64,000 nt of DNA, from IMG/VR virus record IMGVR_UViG_3300032315_000748; one strand, written 5' to 3'. The position numbers and the translations under genes were made by a program. Under the pieces are notes generated by a model, which saw nothing but the letters and a program-made list of their open reading frames with translations, was not told where the DNA came from and did no database searches. Of this stretch, positions 21,188 to 31,791 are shown in pieces. Position 1 is the stretch's first letter. Each line of letters begins with the position of its first letter. The stretch is from a virus.

Positions 21188-22360
21188 ATGAAAAATTTTA
21201 AAGAGTTTATAGATGAAACTAAAGCAATAAAAATAAAATCACATAAAACTGTAGACCAAATAGCAAAGAAACACAGACTTGATGTTTCTTTTATACAAAA
21301 TCAACTTGAAATGGGAATTCCAATTGAACACGAACATACTCGTGATAAAGTTTTAGCAACTGATATTGCTTTGCAGCATTTGAATGAAATTCCAGATTAT
21401 TATACTCGTTTGAAAAAAATGGAAGCATCTGCAAAAAAAGAACACAAGAAATTTAAAGATGTAAAAGAAGAGAAAGGAGAAATAAGATATTGTAGTCTTT
21501 GTAAAAAAGAAGAATCTCAAGAAGAATGTAAATATGGTCCTGCTATGTGGAATATTAACGCACGAACATTAACACAAAATCAAATTAAGTTTAATACTAC
21601 TAGAATACATCCTGCAAATGAATCAGTGACTATTGAAGATGCAAATGGTAATACTTTTTTGGAAGTTATTGATTTAATTAAACCAGAAAAAATGAAAGGT
21701 GTTAGTGAAGAAACAAAATCTGGTGATTCATCTCTTCACGATTGGTTTTCAAAAAGCAAATCAAGTGATGGAAAGCCAGGGTGGGTTCAGTTGGGGGGCA
21801 GATACGCAGGGAAACCTTGCGCCAAACAACCAGGACAAAATACTAAACCAAAATGTGGATCATCAAAAATGGCTGCAAATATGTCTGATGATGAAGAAGA
21901 TGCAGCAGCAAGAAGAAAAAGAAAAGAAGATCCAAATCCAGATAGGTCAGGGCAAGCAAAAAATGTTAAGACTGAAGAATTTGTAAACGAGGATGCTTGT
22001 AAAGAAAAAGTAAAATCTCGTTATAAGATTTGGCCTTCTGCATATGCATCTGGAGCAGTTGTCAAATGTCGCAAAGTTGGTGCGGCAAACTGGGGAAATA
22101 AGACAGAAAAAAATAATGTCTCGGAAAACTATCTGAGGATACAGACTCGCGGAACAACTTATACTATAGTTCTCAATTGGAGAGGTAAATATATTACAAC
22201 TCAAATGTTCTTTCAACAATTTACTAGACCAACAAAAGTAGAAGTAACAAAAGAAGTTAGAAAAGTTTATCCAAATGCAATTGTATTAGCATTCAATCCA
22301 TCATTAAAAGACCCAACAAAACCATTATTATTTACAGGACAAACTAATGAACCCAGATAA
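21188..22360 (+). CDS. Modular hypothetical protein, candidate capsid-internal polyprotein
   Basis: Own TAAATA (21168-21173); starts MKNFKEFIDE; several unrelated-looking modules separated by x-x-E(E) junctions. Confidence 0.75.
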   Translation: MKNFKEFIDETKAIKIKSHKTVDQIAKKHRLDVSFIQNQLEMGIPIEHEHTRDKVLATDIALQHLNEIPDYYTRLKKMEASAKKEHKKFKDVKEEKGEIRYCSLCKKEESQEECKYGPAMWNINARTLTQNQIKFNTTRIHPANESVTIEDANGNTFLEVIDLIKPEKMKGVSEETKSGDSSLHDWFSKSKSSDGKPGWVQLGGRYAGKPCAKQPGQNTKPKCGSSKMAANMSDDEEDAAARRKRKEDPNPDRSGQAKNVKTEEFVNEDACKEKVKSRYKIWPSAYASGAVVKCRKVGAANWGNKTEKNNVSENYLRIQTRGTTYTIVLNWRGKYITTQMFFQQFTRPTKVEVTKEVRKVYPNAIVLAFNPSLKDPTKPLLFTGQTNEPR

Positions 22361-22535
22361 TATTGAACTTGACAATTTAAGTAAAATTTTTGAATATGAA
22401 AAAATATCAAGAGAATTGGAATCTTGCACCAATATTGATTTATTAAAAAATATTTGTAGGTGTTATGTGAAACTTTATTTAAAGCAACAAGAAACACTAA
22501 CCTTACTGGATATGAAAGAATTTGAGGTAAAATAA
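22347..22535 (+). CDS. NblA-like small helical protein (putative phycobilisome degradation adaptor)
   Basis: 62 aa, predicted helix-loop-helix; L-x2-L-x3-F and LK...Y...Q pattern resembles NblA; judged by eye only. Confidence 0.5.
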   Translation: MNPDNIELDNLSKIFEYEKISRELESCTNIDLLKNICRCYVKLYLKQQETLTLLDMKEFEVK

Positions 22536-22537
22536 GT

Positions 22538-24235
22538 ATGAGTAGTGGTGATCAGTATCTAGGAAATCCTTTACTAAAAAAGGCGAATACGCCAATAGAG
22601 TTTACTAAGGATAATATTGAACAATACATAATATGTAAAGAAGATCCTGTATATTTTGCAAGAAATTATATAAAAATTGTTTCTCTTGATCATGGTCTTG
22701 TGCCATTTGATATGTATAAGTTTCAAGAAAAACTTATCAGTAATTTCCATGATCATAGATTTAATATCTGCAAAATGCCAAGGCAGTCTGGAAAATCCAC
22801 TACTGTAGTTTCCTATTTGCTTCATTACGCAATATTTAATGATAATGTCAATATTGCAATTCTTGCCAATAAAGCGTCTACTGCCAGAGACCTTCTTGGG
22901 AGACTTCAATTAGCATACGAAAATCTCCCCAAATGGATGCAGCAAGGCGTCTTGATATGGAACAAAGGTTCACTAGAACTTGAGAACGGTTCCAAGATTG
23001 TTGCTGCTTCTACTAGTGCATCTGCTGTTCGTGGTGGATCATATAATATTGTATTTTTGGACGAATTTGCGTTCGTTCCAAATAATGTCGCAGAAGAATT
23101 TTTCAGTTCAGTATATCCTGTTATATCATCTGGTAAATCTACCAAGATGATTATTGTTTCTACCCCTCACGGGATGAATCATTTTTATAAAATTTGGCAC
23201 GATGCGGAAAGAAAAAAGAACGAATATATACCAACCGAAGTTCATTGGAGTGACGTTCCCGGTAGGGATGAGGAATGGAAGCGTCAAACAATAGCAAATA
23301 CTAGCGACCAACAATTTGCAGTTGAATTTGAGTGTGAGTTTCTTGGTTCTGTTGGAACTTTAATCAGTGCATCAAAATTGAGAAACTTAGTTTATGACGA
23401 TCCAATAGAAAGAAGTGGAGGATTGGATGTATATGAAGAACCACAAGAAGATCATACTTATATAATGACTGTGGATGTTTCAAGGGGATTAAATAATGAT
23501 TACTCTGCTTTTGTTGTTTTTGATATAACTACGTTTCCATATAGAATAGTTTCAAAATATAGAAATAATGAAATTAAACCTATGCTTTTTCCAAATATTA
23601 TTTTGGACGTAGCAAAAGCATATAATAAAGCATTTGTTTTGGCAGAAGTTAATGATATTGGAGAACAAGTAACAAGTATTTTACATTTTGATTTAGAATA
23701 CGATAATATTCTAATGTGTGCGATGAGAGGTAGAGCTGGACAATTGGTTGGACAAGGATTTTCTGGAAAGAAAACTCAATTGGGCGTTAAAATGTCCAAA
23801 ACAGTAAAAAAAGTTGGTTGCTCTAATTTAAAAACGATTGTAGAAGATGATAAATTAATATTCAATGATTATGATATTATTAGCGAGTTGACAACTTTTA
23901 TCCAAAAAAATCAATCATTTGAAGCTGAAGAAGGATCAAATGATGACTTGGTAATGTGTTTAGTTATCTTTGCTTGGTTGGTTGTCCAGGATTATTTCAA
24001 GGAGATGACTGAAAATGATGTTCGTAAAAGAATATATGAAGACCAAAAAGAACAAATAGAACAAGATATGTCTCCTTTTGGATTCATTACTGATGGTCTA
24101 AATAATGAAAATACTTTTGTTGATACTGAAGGAGATACTTGGAAAGTTATTGGTGGCAATCAAGTTCAAGGTGATGAAAATGGATGGCATCTTGATGAGT
24201 ATGGGGATAGTTCATATATGTGGGAATATAGGTAA
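22538..24235 (+). CDS. gp17: Terminase large subunit gp17
   Basis: Walker A 'MPRQSGKST', Walker B 'FLDEFAF', 'STPHGMNHFY', nuclease 'DDLVM'. Confidence 0.97.
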   Translation: MSSGDQYLGNPLLKKANTPIEFTKDNIEQYIICKEDPVYFARNYIKIVSLDHGLVPFDMYKFQEKLISNFHDHRFNICKMPRQSGKSTTVVSYLLHYAIFNDNVNIAILANKASTARDLLGRLQLAYENLPKWMQQGVLIWNKGSLELENGSKIVAASTSASAVRGGSYNIVFLDEFAFVPNNVAEEFFSSVYPVISSGKSTKMIIVSTPHGMNHFYKIWHDAERKKNEYIPTEVHWSDVPGRDEEWKRQTIANTSDQQFAVEFECEFLGSVGTLISASKLRNLVYDDPIERSGGLDVYEEPQEDHTYIMTVDVSRGLNNDYSAFVVFDITTFPYRIVSKYRNNEIKPMLFPNIILDVAKAYNKAFVLAEVNDIGEQVTSILHFDLEYDNILMCAMRGRAGQLVGQGFSGKKTQLGVKMSKTVKKVGCSNLKTIVEDDKLIFNDYDIISELTTFIQKNQSFEAEEGSNDDLVMCLVIFAWLVVQDYFKEMTENDVRKRIYEDQKEQIEQDMSPFGFITDGLNNENTFVDTEGDTWKVIGGNQVQGDENGWHLDEYGDSSYMWEYR

Positions 24236-24246
24236 GTTTAGCAATT

Positions 24247-24254
24247 TATAAATA
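24247..24254 (+). promoter_or_regulatory. T4-type late promoter TATAAATA (representative copy, before gp18)
   Basis: (TA)TAAATA also recurs just upstream of gp8, gp13, gp15, gp20, 29118, gp22, gp3 and several accessory genes; gp55 is present. Confidence 0.85.
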
Positions 24255-24291
24255 CTTCTAGACAAAATGAAACTTCTTTAGAGGGAAAGAC

Positions 24292-26694
24292 ATGTCGCTA
24301 AACTTAGTATCTCCAGGGGTCAATATAAGAGAAGTTGACTTAACTATTGGGGGAATTACTGCATCAAATGAGCAGGTTGGCGCAATAGCAGGTCCATTTT
24401 CAAAAGGACCAGTCAATGTACCTATTTTAATTCAGAATGAGAACGATCTTCTCAATACATTTGGAAAACCACTTTCTACCGATTCTCAATACGAGTATTG
24501 GTTGAGTGCTTCTTCATACTTATCATATGGAGGAATTCTCAGAGTTCTTAGAACAGATGGAACTACATTAAATAATTCAAACGCTTCAACAGTTGGCAGT
24601 GGTTCAACTACTTTGAAAATTTCTTCATATGAAGATTATATCAATAGCTATTCAACAGCATCTTCTTGGTCCTATGCATCAAGAGATCCAGGAAGTTGGG
24701 CAAATAATTTAAAAGTATGTGTAATTGATGCTGCTGCAGATCAAAGAGTTGCAATTGGAACTTTTGGAATGTCAGTTGGGTATGGCATTACTGTTGGATT
24801 GAACACTTCATATGCTAATACAGATGGTACTGTTGGTTCATCTGTTGGTTATTTGAGAGGAATTATTACTAATGTTGGAAATCAATATGTTGATGTAAAA
24901 GTAACTGACAGATACGATAATGCTGCTGGAACCTCAAGTTTAGTTTCATATTCGCAAAATAGCATCAATTCTTTTCCATCTGGTGTTGGTGTAGCTTATA
25001 TCAAAACATCTTCTGGAGTTTCAACTTCAATTGAAGTAAATAGATTCTATGGATCTATTGGTTCTGGTTCTACAATTATCCTACCACCTTCAATTTCAGT
25101 ATCACTTCCTACTGTTGCTATTGGCAATTTAGTTCAAACAATATCTAATGGTATTGTAAATGAATCTACTATCGTAGGATTAAGTACAACTTCCGTGAAT
25201 GGATCAACACAGACAACTATTGTAACCAATACTGCTTCTGTTGGTGTAGGGACAAATGTTGAGTTTGTAGTAAAATCTCCAGCAGCATCTGGAATTAATT
25301 TTACGACTGGTCCATCAACTCCAACTGTTGTTTCCGATTGGTATAATCTTCAAACTCTTGGACTTACAAATTCAACAGTTTATTGGAAGACAATTGCAGA
25401 AAGACCTTCCACTTCACAATATGTAAATGATAGAAGCGGAAAAAATGATGAGATTCACATTGTAGTTGTAGATGATAGTGGTTCTGTTACCGGAGTTGCT
25501 GGTAATATTGTAGAGAAATTTACATATTTGACAAAAGCATTTGATGGTAAAATTTCACCTACACAATCTGTATATTATAAAGATTTTATTTCTGCAAATT
25601 CAGAGTATATTTTTGCGGGTGCTGCACCAACTGGTTCTGCTACTGGATTCACAAGCACTACTGGATATACAAATACTAATGTTGGTAACTGGGCACAAAA
25701 TGCTCAAGGCACAACTTTCTCTGGCGTAGGAAATATTACTTATAATTTGACTGGTGGTGTTGATTATTCTTCTTCTGGGGGAATGGGCGCTACTCTTGCT
25801 AATATTATTACTTCTTATAATGTTTTATCCAATCCAGCAGAATATCAAGTCAATTTCTTAATTAATGGTCCTTCTGGTGGTGCAACAATCTACGAATCTC
25901 AAGCAAAAGCAAATGCTTTAATTGGAATTGCCGAAGCAAGAAAAGATTGTGTTGCTGTAATTTCCCCACATAAATCCGGAATTGTAAATATTACAAATTC
26001 CGATACTCAAACCACTAATGTTATTAATTTCTTTGATCCAATCACATCCAGTTCTTATGCTGTATTTGATAGTGGTTATAAGTATATGTTTGATAGATTC
26101 AACAATACCTTCAGATACATTCCCTGTAGTGCCGACATTGCCGGTCTGATGGCTAGAACATCTATTAACCAATACTCCTGGTTCTCTCCTGCTGGTGCCT
26201 CTAGAGGGGCAATTAATGGTGCCGTAAAGCTTGCTTACAATCCATCAAAAGCACAAAGAGATCTGTTATATCCAAAGAGAATCAATCCAATTATATTCTC
26301 TCCTGGTGCTGGTATTATTCTTTACGGAGATAAGACTGCACTTTCATATGTCTCCGCTTTTGATAGAATTAACGTTCGTCGTTTATTCCTCACAATTGAA
26401 TCCACAATTGAAAGAGCAGCAAGAGCGCAGTTATTTGAATTCAATGACATAATTACAAGATCAAATTTTGTAAATATTGTTGAACCATATCTTCGTGATG
26501 TAAAATCAAAGAGAGGCATTATTGACTTCTTGGTTGTTTGTGATGAAACAAATAACACTCCCGACGTGATTGATGGAAATCAGTTTAGAGCTGATATCTT
26601 TGTTAAACCTGCAAGATCAATTAACTTCATCGGACTTACCTTTGTTGCTACACGCACAGGTGTAAGTTTTGAAGAAGTTGTTGGAAACGTTTAA
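24292..26694 (+). CDS. gp18: Tail sheath protein gp18
   Basis: 'LVSPGVNIREVDLT', 'WFSPAG', 'FDRINVRRLF', 'KPARSINFI'. Confidence 0.96.
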   Translation: MSLNLVSPGVNIREVDLTIGGITASNEQVGAIAGPFSKGPVNVPILIQNENDLLNTFGKPLSTDSQYEYWLSASSYLSYGGILRVLRTDGTTLNNSNASTVGSGSTTLKISSYEDYINSYSTASSWSYASRDPGSWANNLKVCVIDAAADQRVAIGTFGMSVGYGITVGLNTSYANTDGTVGSSVGYLRGIITNVGNQYVDVKVTDRYDNAAGTSSLVSYSQNSINSFPSGVGVAYIKTSSGVSTSIEVNRFYGSIGSGSTIILPPSISVSLPTVAIGNLVQTISNGIVNESTIVGLSTTSVNGSTQTTIVTNTASVGVGTNVEFVVKSPAASGINFTTGPSTPTVVSDWYNLQTLGLTNSTVYWKTIAERPSTSQYVNDRSGKNDEIHIVVVDDSGSVTGVAGNIVEKFTYLTKAFDGKISPTQSVYYKDFISANSEYIFAGAAPTGSATGFTSTTGYTNTNVGNWAQNAQGTTFSGVGNITYNLTGGVDYSSSGGMGATLANIITSYNVLSNPAEYQVNFLINGPSGGATIYESQAKANALIGIAEARKDCVAVISPHKSGIVNITNSDTQTTNVINFFDPITSSSYAVFDSGYKYMFDRFNNTFRYIPCSADIAGLMARTSINQYSWFSPAGASRGAINGAVKLAYNPSKAQRDLLYPKRINPIIFSPGAGIILYGDKTALSYVSAFDRINVRRLFLTIESTIERAARAQLFEFNDIITRSNFVNIVEPYLRDVKSKRGIIDFLVVCDETNNTPDVIDGNQFRADIFVKPARSINFIGLTFVATRTGVSFEEVVGNV

Positions 26695-26714
26695 TTCAAT
26701 AGAGGAAACCCACA

Positions 26715-27350
26715 ATGGCTAACTTAAACATTCCAAATACAAAAGACAGAACCCTTGATCAATTCAAGGGAAGAATGCTCGGGGGTGGAGCGAGACCTAA
26801 TTTATTTGAATGTGAATTGTTTTTTCCTTCCGATTCAATTCCAGTAGGAACTACCGAAGATGCGCTTTCGGATAAAACTAGATTTTTAGTCAAAGCTGCA
26901 AATCTTCCTGCTTCTACTCTTGGAGTTATTGATGTTCCATTTAGAGGAAGAAACCTCAAAATTGCTGGAGATAGAACATTTGACCCTTGGACCATTACCG
27001 TAATTAATGATTCCGATTTCATAATTAGAACTGCTTTTGAAAGATGGATGAATCTTATCAACAAGCACGAGGATAATGCTGGAAAAAATAATCCAGTAGA
27101 TTACCAAAAAGAAGTTTATGTGAAGCAATTTGGAAGAGCTTTAACTAATGGTTCAACTCCAACAAGTGCAACTCAAATTCCAGTATTGAAGCAATATAAA
27201 TTCTACGGAGTTTTCCCAACTTCAGTAAGTGATATTGCTCTTTCGTATGATTCTTCAGATACAATTGAAGAATTCACTGTAGATCTTCAAGTTCAATGGT
27301 GGGATGCTCTTGATCCTTCTGGCGCAACTCAACTTGGAACTGGAGCATAA
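26715..27350 (+). CDS. gp19: Tail tube protein gp19
   Basis: 'GGARPNLF', 'GDRTFDPWTITVIND', 'IEEFTV'. Confidence 0.96.
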   Translation: MANLNIPNTKDRTLDQFKGRMLGGGARPNLFECELFFPSDSIPVGTTEDALSDKTRFLVKAANLPASTLGVIDVPFRGRNLKIAGDRTFDPWTITVINDSDFIIRTAFERWMNLINKHEDNAGKNNPVDYQKEVYVKQFGRALTNGSTPTSATQIPVLKQYKFYGVFPTSVSDIALSYDSSDTIEEFTVDLQVQWWDALDPSGATQLGTGA

Positions 27351-27375
27351 ATAGTAGAAACTGATTTAATTATTG

Positions 27376-29085
27376 ATGGCTAAATTATTTGGATTTAAAA
27401 TACAAGATACTACTGGAGCAGATAAGTCCAAAAGCATTATCTCTCCAGTACCTCCTAATGAGGAAGATAAGTCAGATTTTTATCTTCAAAGTGGATTTTA
27501 TGGCCAGTATGTAGATATTGAAGGTGTTTATAAAAGTGAGCAAGATTTAGTAAGAAGATATCGTGAGATGGCACTTCACCCAGAATGTGATAGTGCCATT
27601 GAAGATGTAGTAAATGAAGCAATCGTATCAGATTTGAATGATTCTCCCGTAGAGATTGAACTTTCAAATCTTCCAGCTTCAGATAAACTAAAACAAATTA
27701 TTAGAAACGAATTCAAAACAATTAAAGATATTTTAGATTTTGATAGAAAATCACACGAAATATTCAGAAATTGGTATATTGATGGAAGAATCTTTTATCA
27801 TAAAGTAATTGATTTTAAAAAACCAGAAGAAGGAATCAAAGAAATAAGATATATTGATCCTCTTAAAATTAGATTTATTCGTAGAGCAGAACAATCTGGA
27901 CCAAATGCAAATTTCCCAACTCCTATGGGAACAAGTAAGGATCCAATTGATATCTACCAAGCACCAAAAATAGAAGAATATTATCTATATGATCCAAATT
28001 CTTCTATGGGTACTGGAGGAACTACATCATTCAGGAATGAATCAAAAAGTGTAAAAATCACAAAAGATGCGATTACATTTATCACTTCTGGACTCGTAGA
28101 TCGCAACAAACAAACAGTTCTTTCATATCTCCATAAAGCAATTAAAGCACTCAATCAATTAAGAATGATTGAAGATAGTCTTGTAATTTATAGACTATCT
28201 CGTGCTCCAGAACGTAGAATTTTCTATATTGATGTTGGTAATCTACCAAAAATTAAAGCTGAGCAATATCTTCGTGATGTGATGAATCGTTATAGAAACA
28301 AACTTGTCTATAACGCAGATACAGGAGAAATTCGTGATGATCGTAAGTATATGGCGATGCTTGAAGATTTTTGGTTGCCACGTAGAGAAGGTGGTCGTGG
28401 AACAGAGATCACTACACTTCCTGGTGGACAAAATCTTGGAGAACTTGCTGATATTGAATATTTCCAAAAGAAACTTTACAAATCTTTAAATGTCCCATCA
28501 AGTAGAATTGACGTTGGTGGTGGTGGATTCAATCTTGGAAGATCTTCTGAAATTTTAAGAGACGAACTTAAATTTACAAAGTTTGTAGGAAGACTGAGAA
28601 AGAGATTTTCTCAGATGTTTAATGATTTTCTAAAAACACAACTGATTTTAAAAAATATTATTACTCCGGAAGATTGGGAATCATTATCAGAACATATTCA
28701 ATATGATTTTATTTACGATAATCATTTTTCCGACTTAAAAAATAATGAACTTTTAAATGACCAATTGGGAGTTGTTGCCGCTATGCAACCATATATTGGT
28801 ACTTATTTCTCAACACAATATGTGAGACAGAAAGTTCTCAAACATTCCGATACTCTTATGGGAGAAATTGATAATCAAATCAAAAAAGAAATTGAAAAAG
28901 GAATTATACCAGATCCAGCAACTATTGATCCATCCACTGGTATGCCTTTCCAAGATAATTCTGCAGGAATGCAACCCCAAAATAATGCTGGAGGAATGGA
29001 TTTGGGACAACCAATGATGGAACCAGACTTAACAAAACAAGCAAAATCCACTGAAATCAAGATGCCTAAAGGTGGAGAGATATAA
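27376..29085 (+). CDS. gp20: Portal vertex protein gp20
   Basis: 'IYRLSRAPERRIFYIDVGNLP', 'EDFWLPRREGGRGTEI'. Confidence 0.97.
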   Translation: MAKLFGFKIQDTTGADKSKSIISPVPPNEEDKSDFYLQSGFYGQYVDIEGVYKSEQDLVRRYREMALHPECDSAIEDVVNEAIVSDLNDSPVEIELSNLPASDKLKQIIRNEFKTIKDILDFDRKSHEIFRNWYIDGRIFYHKVIDFKKPEEGIKEIRYIDPLKIRFIRRAEQSGPNANFPTPMGTSKDPIDIYQAPKIEEYYLYDPNSSMGTGGTTSFRNESKSVKITKDAITFITSGLVDRNKQTVLSYLHKAIKALNQLRMIEDSLVIYRLSRAPERRIFYIDVGNLPKIKAEQYLRDVMNRYRNKLVYNADTGEIRDDRKYMAMLEDFWLPRREGGRGTEITTLPGGQNLGELADIEYFQKKLYKSLNVPSSRIDVGGGGFNLGRSSEILRDELKFTKFVGRLRKRFSQMFNDFLKTQLILKNIITPEDWESLSEHIQYDFIYDNHFSDLKNNELLNDQLGVVAAMQPYIGTYFSTQYVRQKVLKHSDTLMGEIDNQIKKEIEKGIIPDPATIDPSTGMPFQDNSAGMQPQNNAGGMDLGQPMMEPDLTKQAKSTEIKMPKGGEI

Positions 29086-29117
29086 ATAGTTTTTAGTTAT
29101 TAATATATTATAACAGT

Positions 29118-29333
29118 ATGGACGATTTAATAGATATGATTGCTGCTGGTGATTCTCAATCACAAGTATCTGATCGGATTAAAGATCTTCTTTTTTCTAA
29201 AAGTGCAGAAAGAATAGATGCAGTAAGACCATATGCTGCTGCTAGTCTTTTTGGTGAAGAAGATTCAGAATCTTATGAAGATGATGAGTCCGATGAAGAC
29301 GATGAAGACGAATATGAAGAAGAGGAAGACTGA
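29118..29333 (+). CDS. Small acidic hypothetical protein (prohead-core position)
   Basis: TATAAATA upstream; D/E-rich tail; lies between gp20 and gp21. Confidence 0.7.
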   Translation: MDDLIDMIAAGDSQSQVSDRIKDLLFSKSAERIDAVRPYAAASLFGEEDSESYEDDESDEDDEDEYEEEED

Positions 29334-29854
29334 TGAGTTTTAGAATTGTACAAACAGTCAGTGCAGTAAATGCTGCCGCTGCAACTACCGCAACATCTAA
29401 TCCCATCGCTCTCCAATCTGGATATATTCGTGTTTCCTGTGGAACAACTGCTGCTTACATTCAAATTTCTGAAAACCCAGTGGCAACCGCAAATGATTTT
29501 ATGATTGTTCCAAATAGTTCAGAAATTTTAAAGCAAAGAGTTGCTAGACAAAGAATTTCTGGTATTACTACAGGAACAACAACCGTTATAGATTTTGGCG
29601 AAAATAATGGAAATCCATTTATTGTTGGTGATTATGTAACAATTCAAAATGCACATCCTGCAGGAATTAATACAGTTCATTCACAAGTGACCGTATCAAC
29701 TCCATCAAATATTACTTTGAATTATAATAGTTCTTCAGTTGTTGGAGTTGCATTAACAAATGCTTCCATTTCTAGAAGTGTGAAGGTTTCTGTATTTGCT
29801 CCAGTGGCAGCATCTGTAAGTATTGCAGAAATTCAAACCGCATCACTAAACTAA
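29333..29854 (+). CDS. Hypothetical virion-type protein
   Basis: TGATG overlap; beta-rich Ser/Thr/Ala composition. Confidence 0.7.
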   Translation: MSFRIVQTVSAVNAAAATTATSNPIALQSGYIRVSCGTTAAYIQISENPVATANDFMIVPNSSEILKQRVARQRISGITTGTTTVIDFGENNGNPFIVGDYVTIQNAHPAGINTVHSQVTVSTPSNITLNYNSSSVVGVALTNASISRSVKVSVFAPVAASVSIAEIQTASLN

Positions 29855-29855
29855 A

Positions 29856-30506
29856 ATGAAACTAATCACAGAAGAAGTCCAAAAAGTAGAATTTATTGTT
29901 GAAGGGACTGGATCCTCCAAAAGAATGTTCATTGAAGGTATATACCTCCAAGGAAATATGAGGAATCGTAATGGAAGAGAATATCCACTCGAAATTCTTG
30001 ACCGCGAAGTACGTCGTTACAACGAGTCTTTTATTCAAAAAGGTCGTGCTCTTGGTGAACTTGGACATCCAGATGGACCAACAATCAATTTAGATCGTGT
30101 TTCTCATAAAATTACTTCACTTATTCGTGAAGGAAATAACTTTAAGGGAAGGTCACAACTACTTTCTACCCCTATGGGCAAAATTGCACAATCACTTATT
30201 GGTGAAGGTGTGACTCTTGGGGTTTCTTCTCGTGGTGTTGGTTCATTAATTCAAACGAATGAAGGACATAAAGTTGTTGGTGAAGATTTTATGTTAGCAA
30301 CTGCTGCGGATATTGTTGCCGATCCATCTGCTCCTGATGCTTTTGTTCAGGGAATTATGGAAGGAAAAGAATGGGTATGGGATGGTGGAATTTTGAGAGA
30401 GCAATTTGCAGAAAAGACATATAAAACAATAAATACATTAGTTGACAAAAAAATGCTCAATGAGCATAAAGTAAAATTATTTGATAATTTTCTTTCAAAT
30501 CTTTAA
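29856..30506 (+). CDS. gp21: Prohead protease gp21
   Basis: 'NRNGREY', 'GELGHP', 'GVSSRGVGS', 'DIVADPSAPDA'. Confidence 0.96.
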   Translation: MKLITEEVQKVEFIVEGTGSSKRMFIEGIYLQGNMRNRNGREYPLEILDREVRRYNESFIQKGRALGELGHPDGPTINLDRVSHKITSLIREGNNFKGRSQLLSTPMGKIAQSLIGEGVTLGVSSRGVGSLIQTNEGHKVVGEDFMLATAADIVADPSAPDAFVQGIMEGKEWVWDGGILREQFAEKTYKTINTLVDKKMLNEHKVKLFDNFLSNL

Positions 30507-30552
30507 ATTATAAATAAATATAGATTTAACAAAGGTAAATCGGAGAGTTCAA

Positions 30553-31743
30553 ATGTCCCGTGGTAAAAACTTACAAGAAATGGAAACAGGCACTACACAA
30601 TCTCGTACTGCTGTAAATGCCAATGCAAAGGCAGCAGAACCAATGCAAAAGTTGAGCACAGGCATTCCTGATGGTCAAACTGGTAGTTGGGAAGATCTTG
30701 GTGGACCAACACCAGAGAATTACAGATCAGATGATGATTCTGCTAAACTTAAAACTCCTGGTGCAACCCTTAAGCAAGTTAAGGATGTTGTAAATAAAGG
30801 AGCAAAGGCAGCAGAAGCAATGAAAACTGGTGCGGTAAAAGAAGATTCTGAATATGATGATGAAGATGAAGAACTCCTAGAAGCTGCCGAAGAAGAAGAT
30901 ACCGAAGATGAAGACGAAAAGGCAGAAAAGAAAAAATCTTCCAAAAAATCTGAAAAAGATGATGATGATGAAGAAGATGAAGATGACGAAGAAGATGGCA
31001 AGAAAAAAATGGATGAATCCATTAGCATCGAAGAAGATGTTGATGCTCTTCTTGCCGGTGAAGAACTATCTGAAGAATTTAGAGATAAAGCAAAGTTAAT
31101 TTTTGAAGCAGCAATCAATTCAAAGATTTCTGAAATATATGAATCTCTAGAATCACATTATGAAAATCAACTTGTTGAGCAAGTTGAAGAAATCAAATCA
31201 GAATTGACTGAAAGAGTTGATTCTTATCTTGAGTATGTAGCCGATGAGTGGCTACAGGAAAATGCCCTTGTTGTAGAGCAAGGACTTAAAACTGAAATGA
31301 CCGAATCATTCCTTCAAGGAATGAAGGGTCTTTTTGAAGAACATTATGTAACAATCCCTGAAGATAAATATGATGTAATCGAGAGTATGGTAGATAAACT
31401 TGATGAAATGGAGACCAAACTCAATGAGCAAATCGAAAGAAATATTGCTCTAAACCAAAGACTAGCAGAATCGGTTGCCGATGTAATTTTAAGTGATGTT
31501 TCTGAAGGTCTTGCGACCTCCCAGAAAGATAAACTCGCTTCCCTATCTGAAAGTGTTGAGTTTGAAAGTGAGGCAGACTATCGTGAGAAGCTAGCAACAT
31601 TGAGGGAAGCATACTTTCCAAGAAATGCTGGCGCTCAAAGAGGGTATTCGGAAGTAATTTCTGAAGAAGCTGATTATACTCAACCAGTTTCTGGTGCGAT
31701 GGAATCTTATCTTCAGACACTTTCCAGAGTTTCTAAAAAGTGA
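30553..31743 (+). CDS. gp22: Prohead core scaffold protein gp22
   Basis: 'LSEEFRDKAKLIFEAA', 'VDSYLEYVADEW'; acidic coiled coil; synteny. Confidence 0.93.
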   Translation: MSRGKNLQEMETGTTQSRTAVNANAKAAEPMQKLSTGIPDGQTGSWEDLGGPTPENYRSDDDSAKLKTPGATLKQVKDVVNKGAKAAEAMKTGAVKEDSEYDDEDEELLEAAEEEDTEDEDEKAEKKKSSKKSEKDDDDEEDEDDEEDGKKKMDESISIEEDVDALLAGEELSEEFRDKAKLIFEAAINSKISEIYESLESHYENQLVEQVEEIKSELTERVDSYLEYVADEWLQENALVVEQGLKTEMTESFLQGMKGLFEEHYVTIPEDKYDVIESMVDKLDEMETKLNEQIERNIALNQRLAESVADVILSDVSEGLATSQKDKLASLSESVEFESEADYREKLATLREAYFPRNAGAQRGYSEVISEEADYTQPVSGAMESYLQTLSRVSKK

Positions 31744-31791
31744 TTTTTAAATCATAAATCAAACTAACAATTTCCAAAAGAGGTAAAACAA

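Noticed and set aside
30720-31118. Minus-strand poly-Ser ORF and GAT/GAA repeat tract
   Set aside because: Mirror of the acidic Asp/Glu linker in gp22; not a separate gene or repeat array
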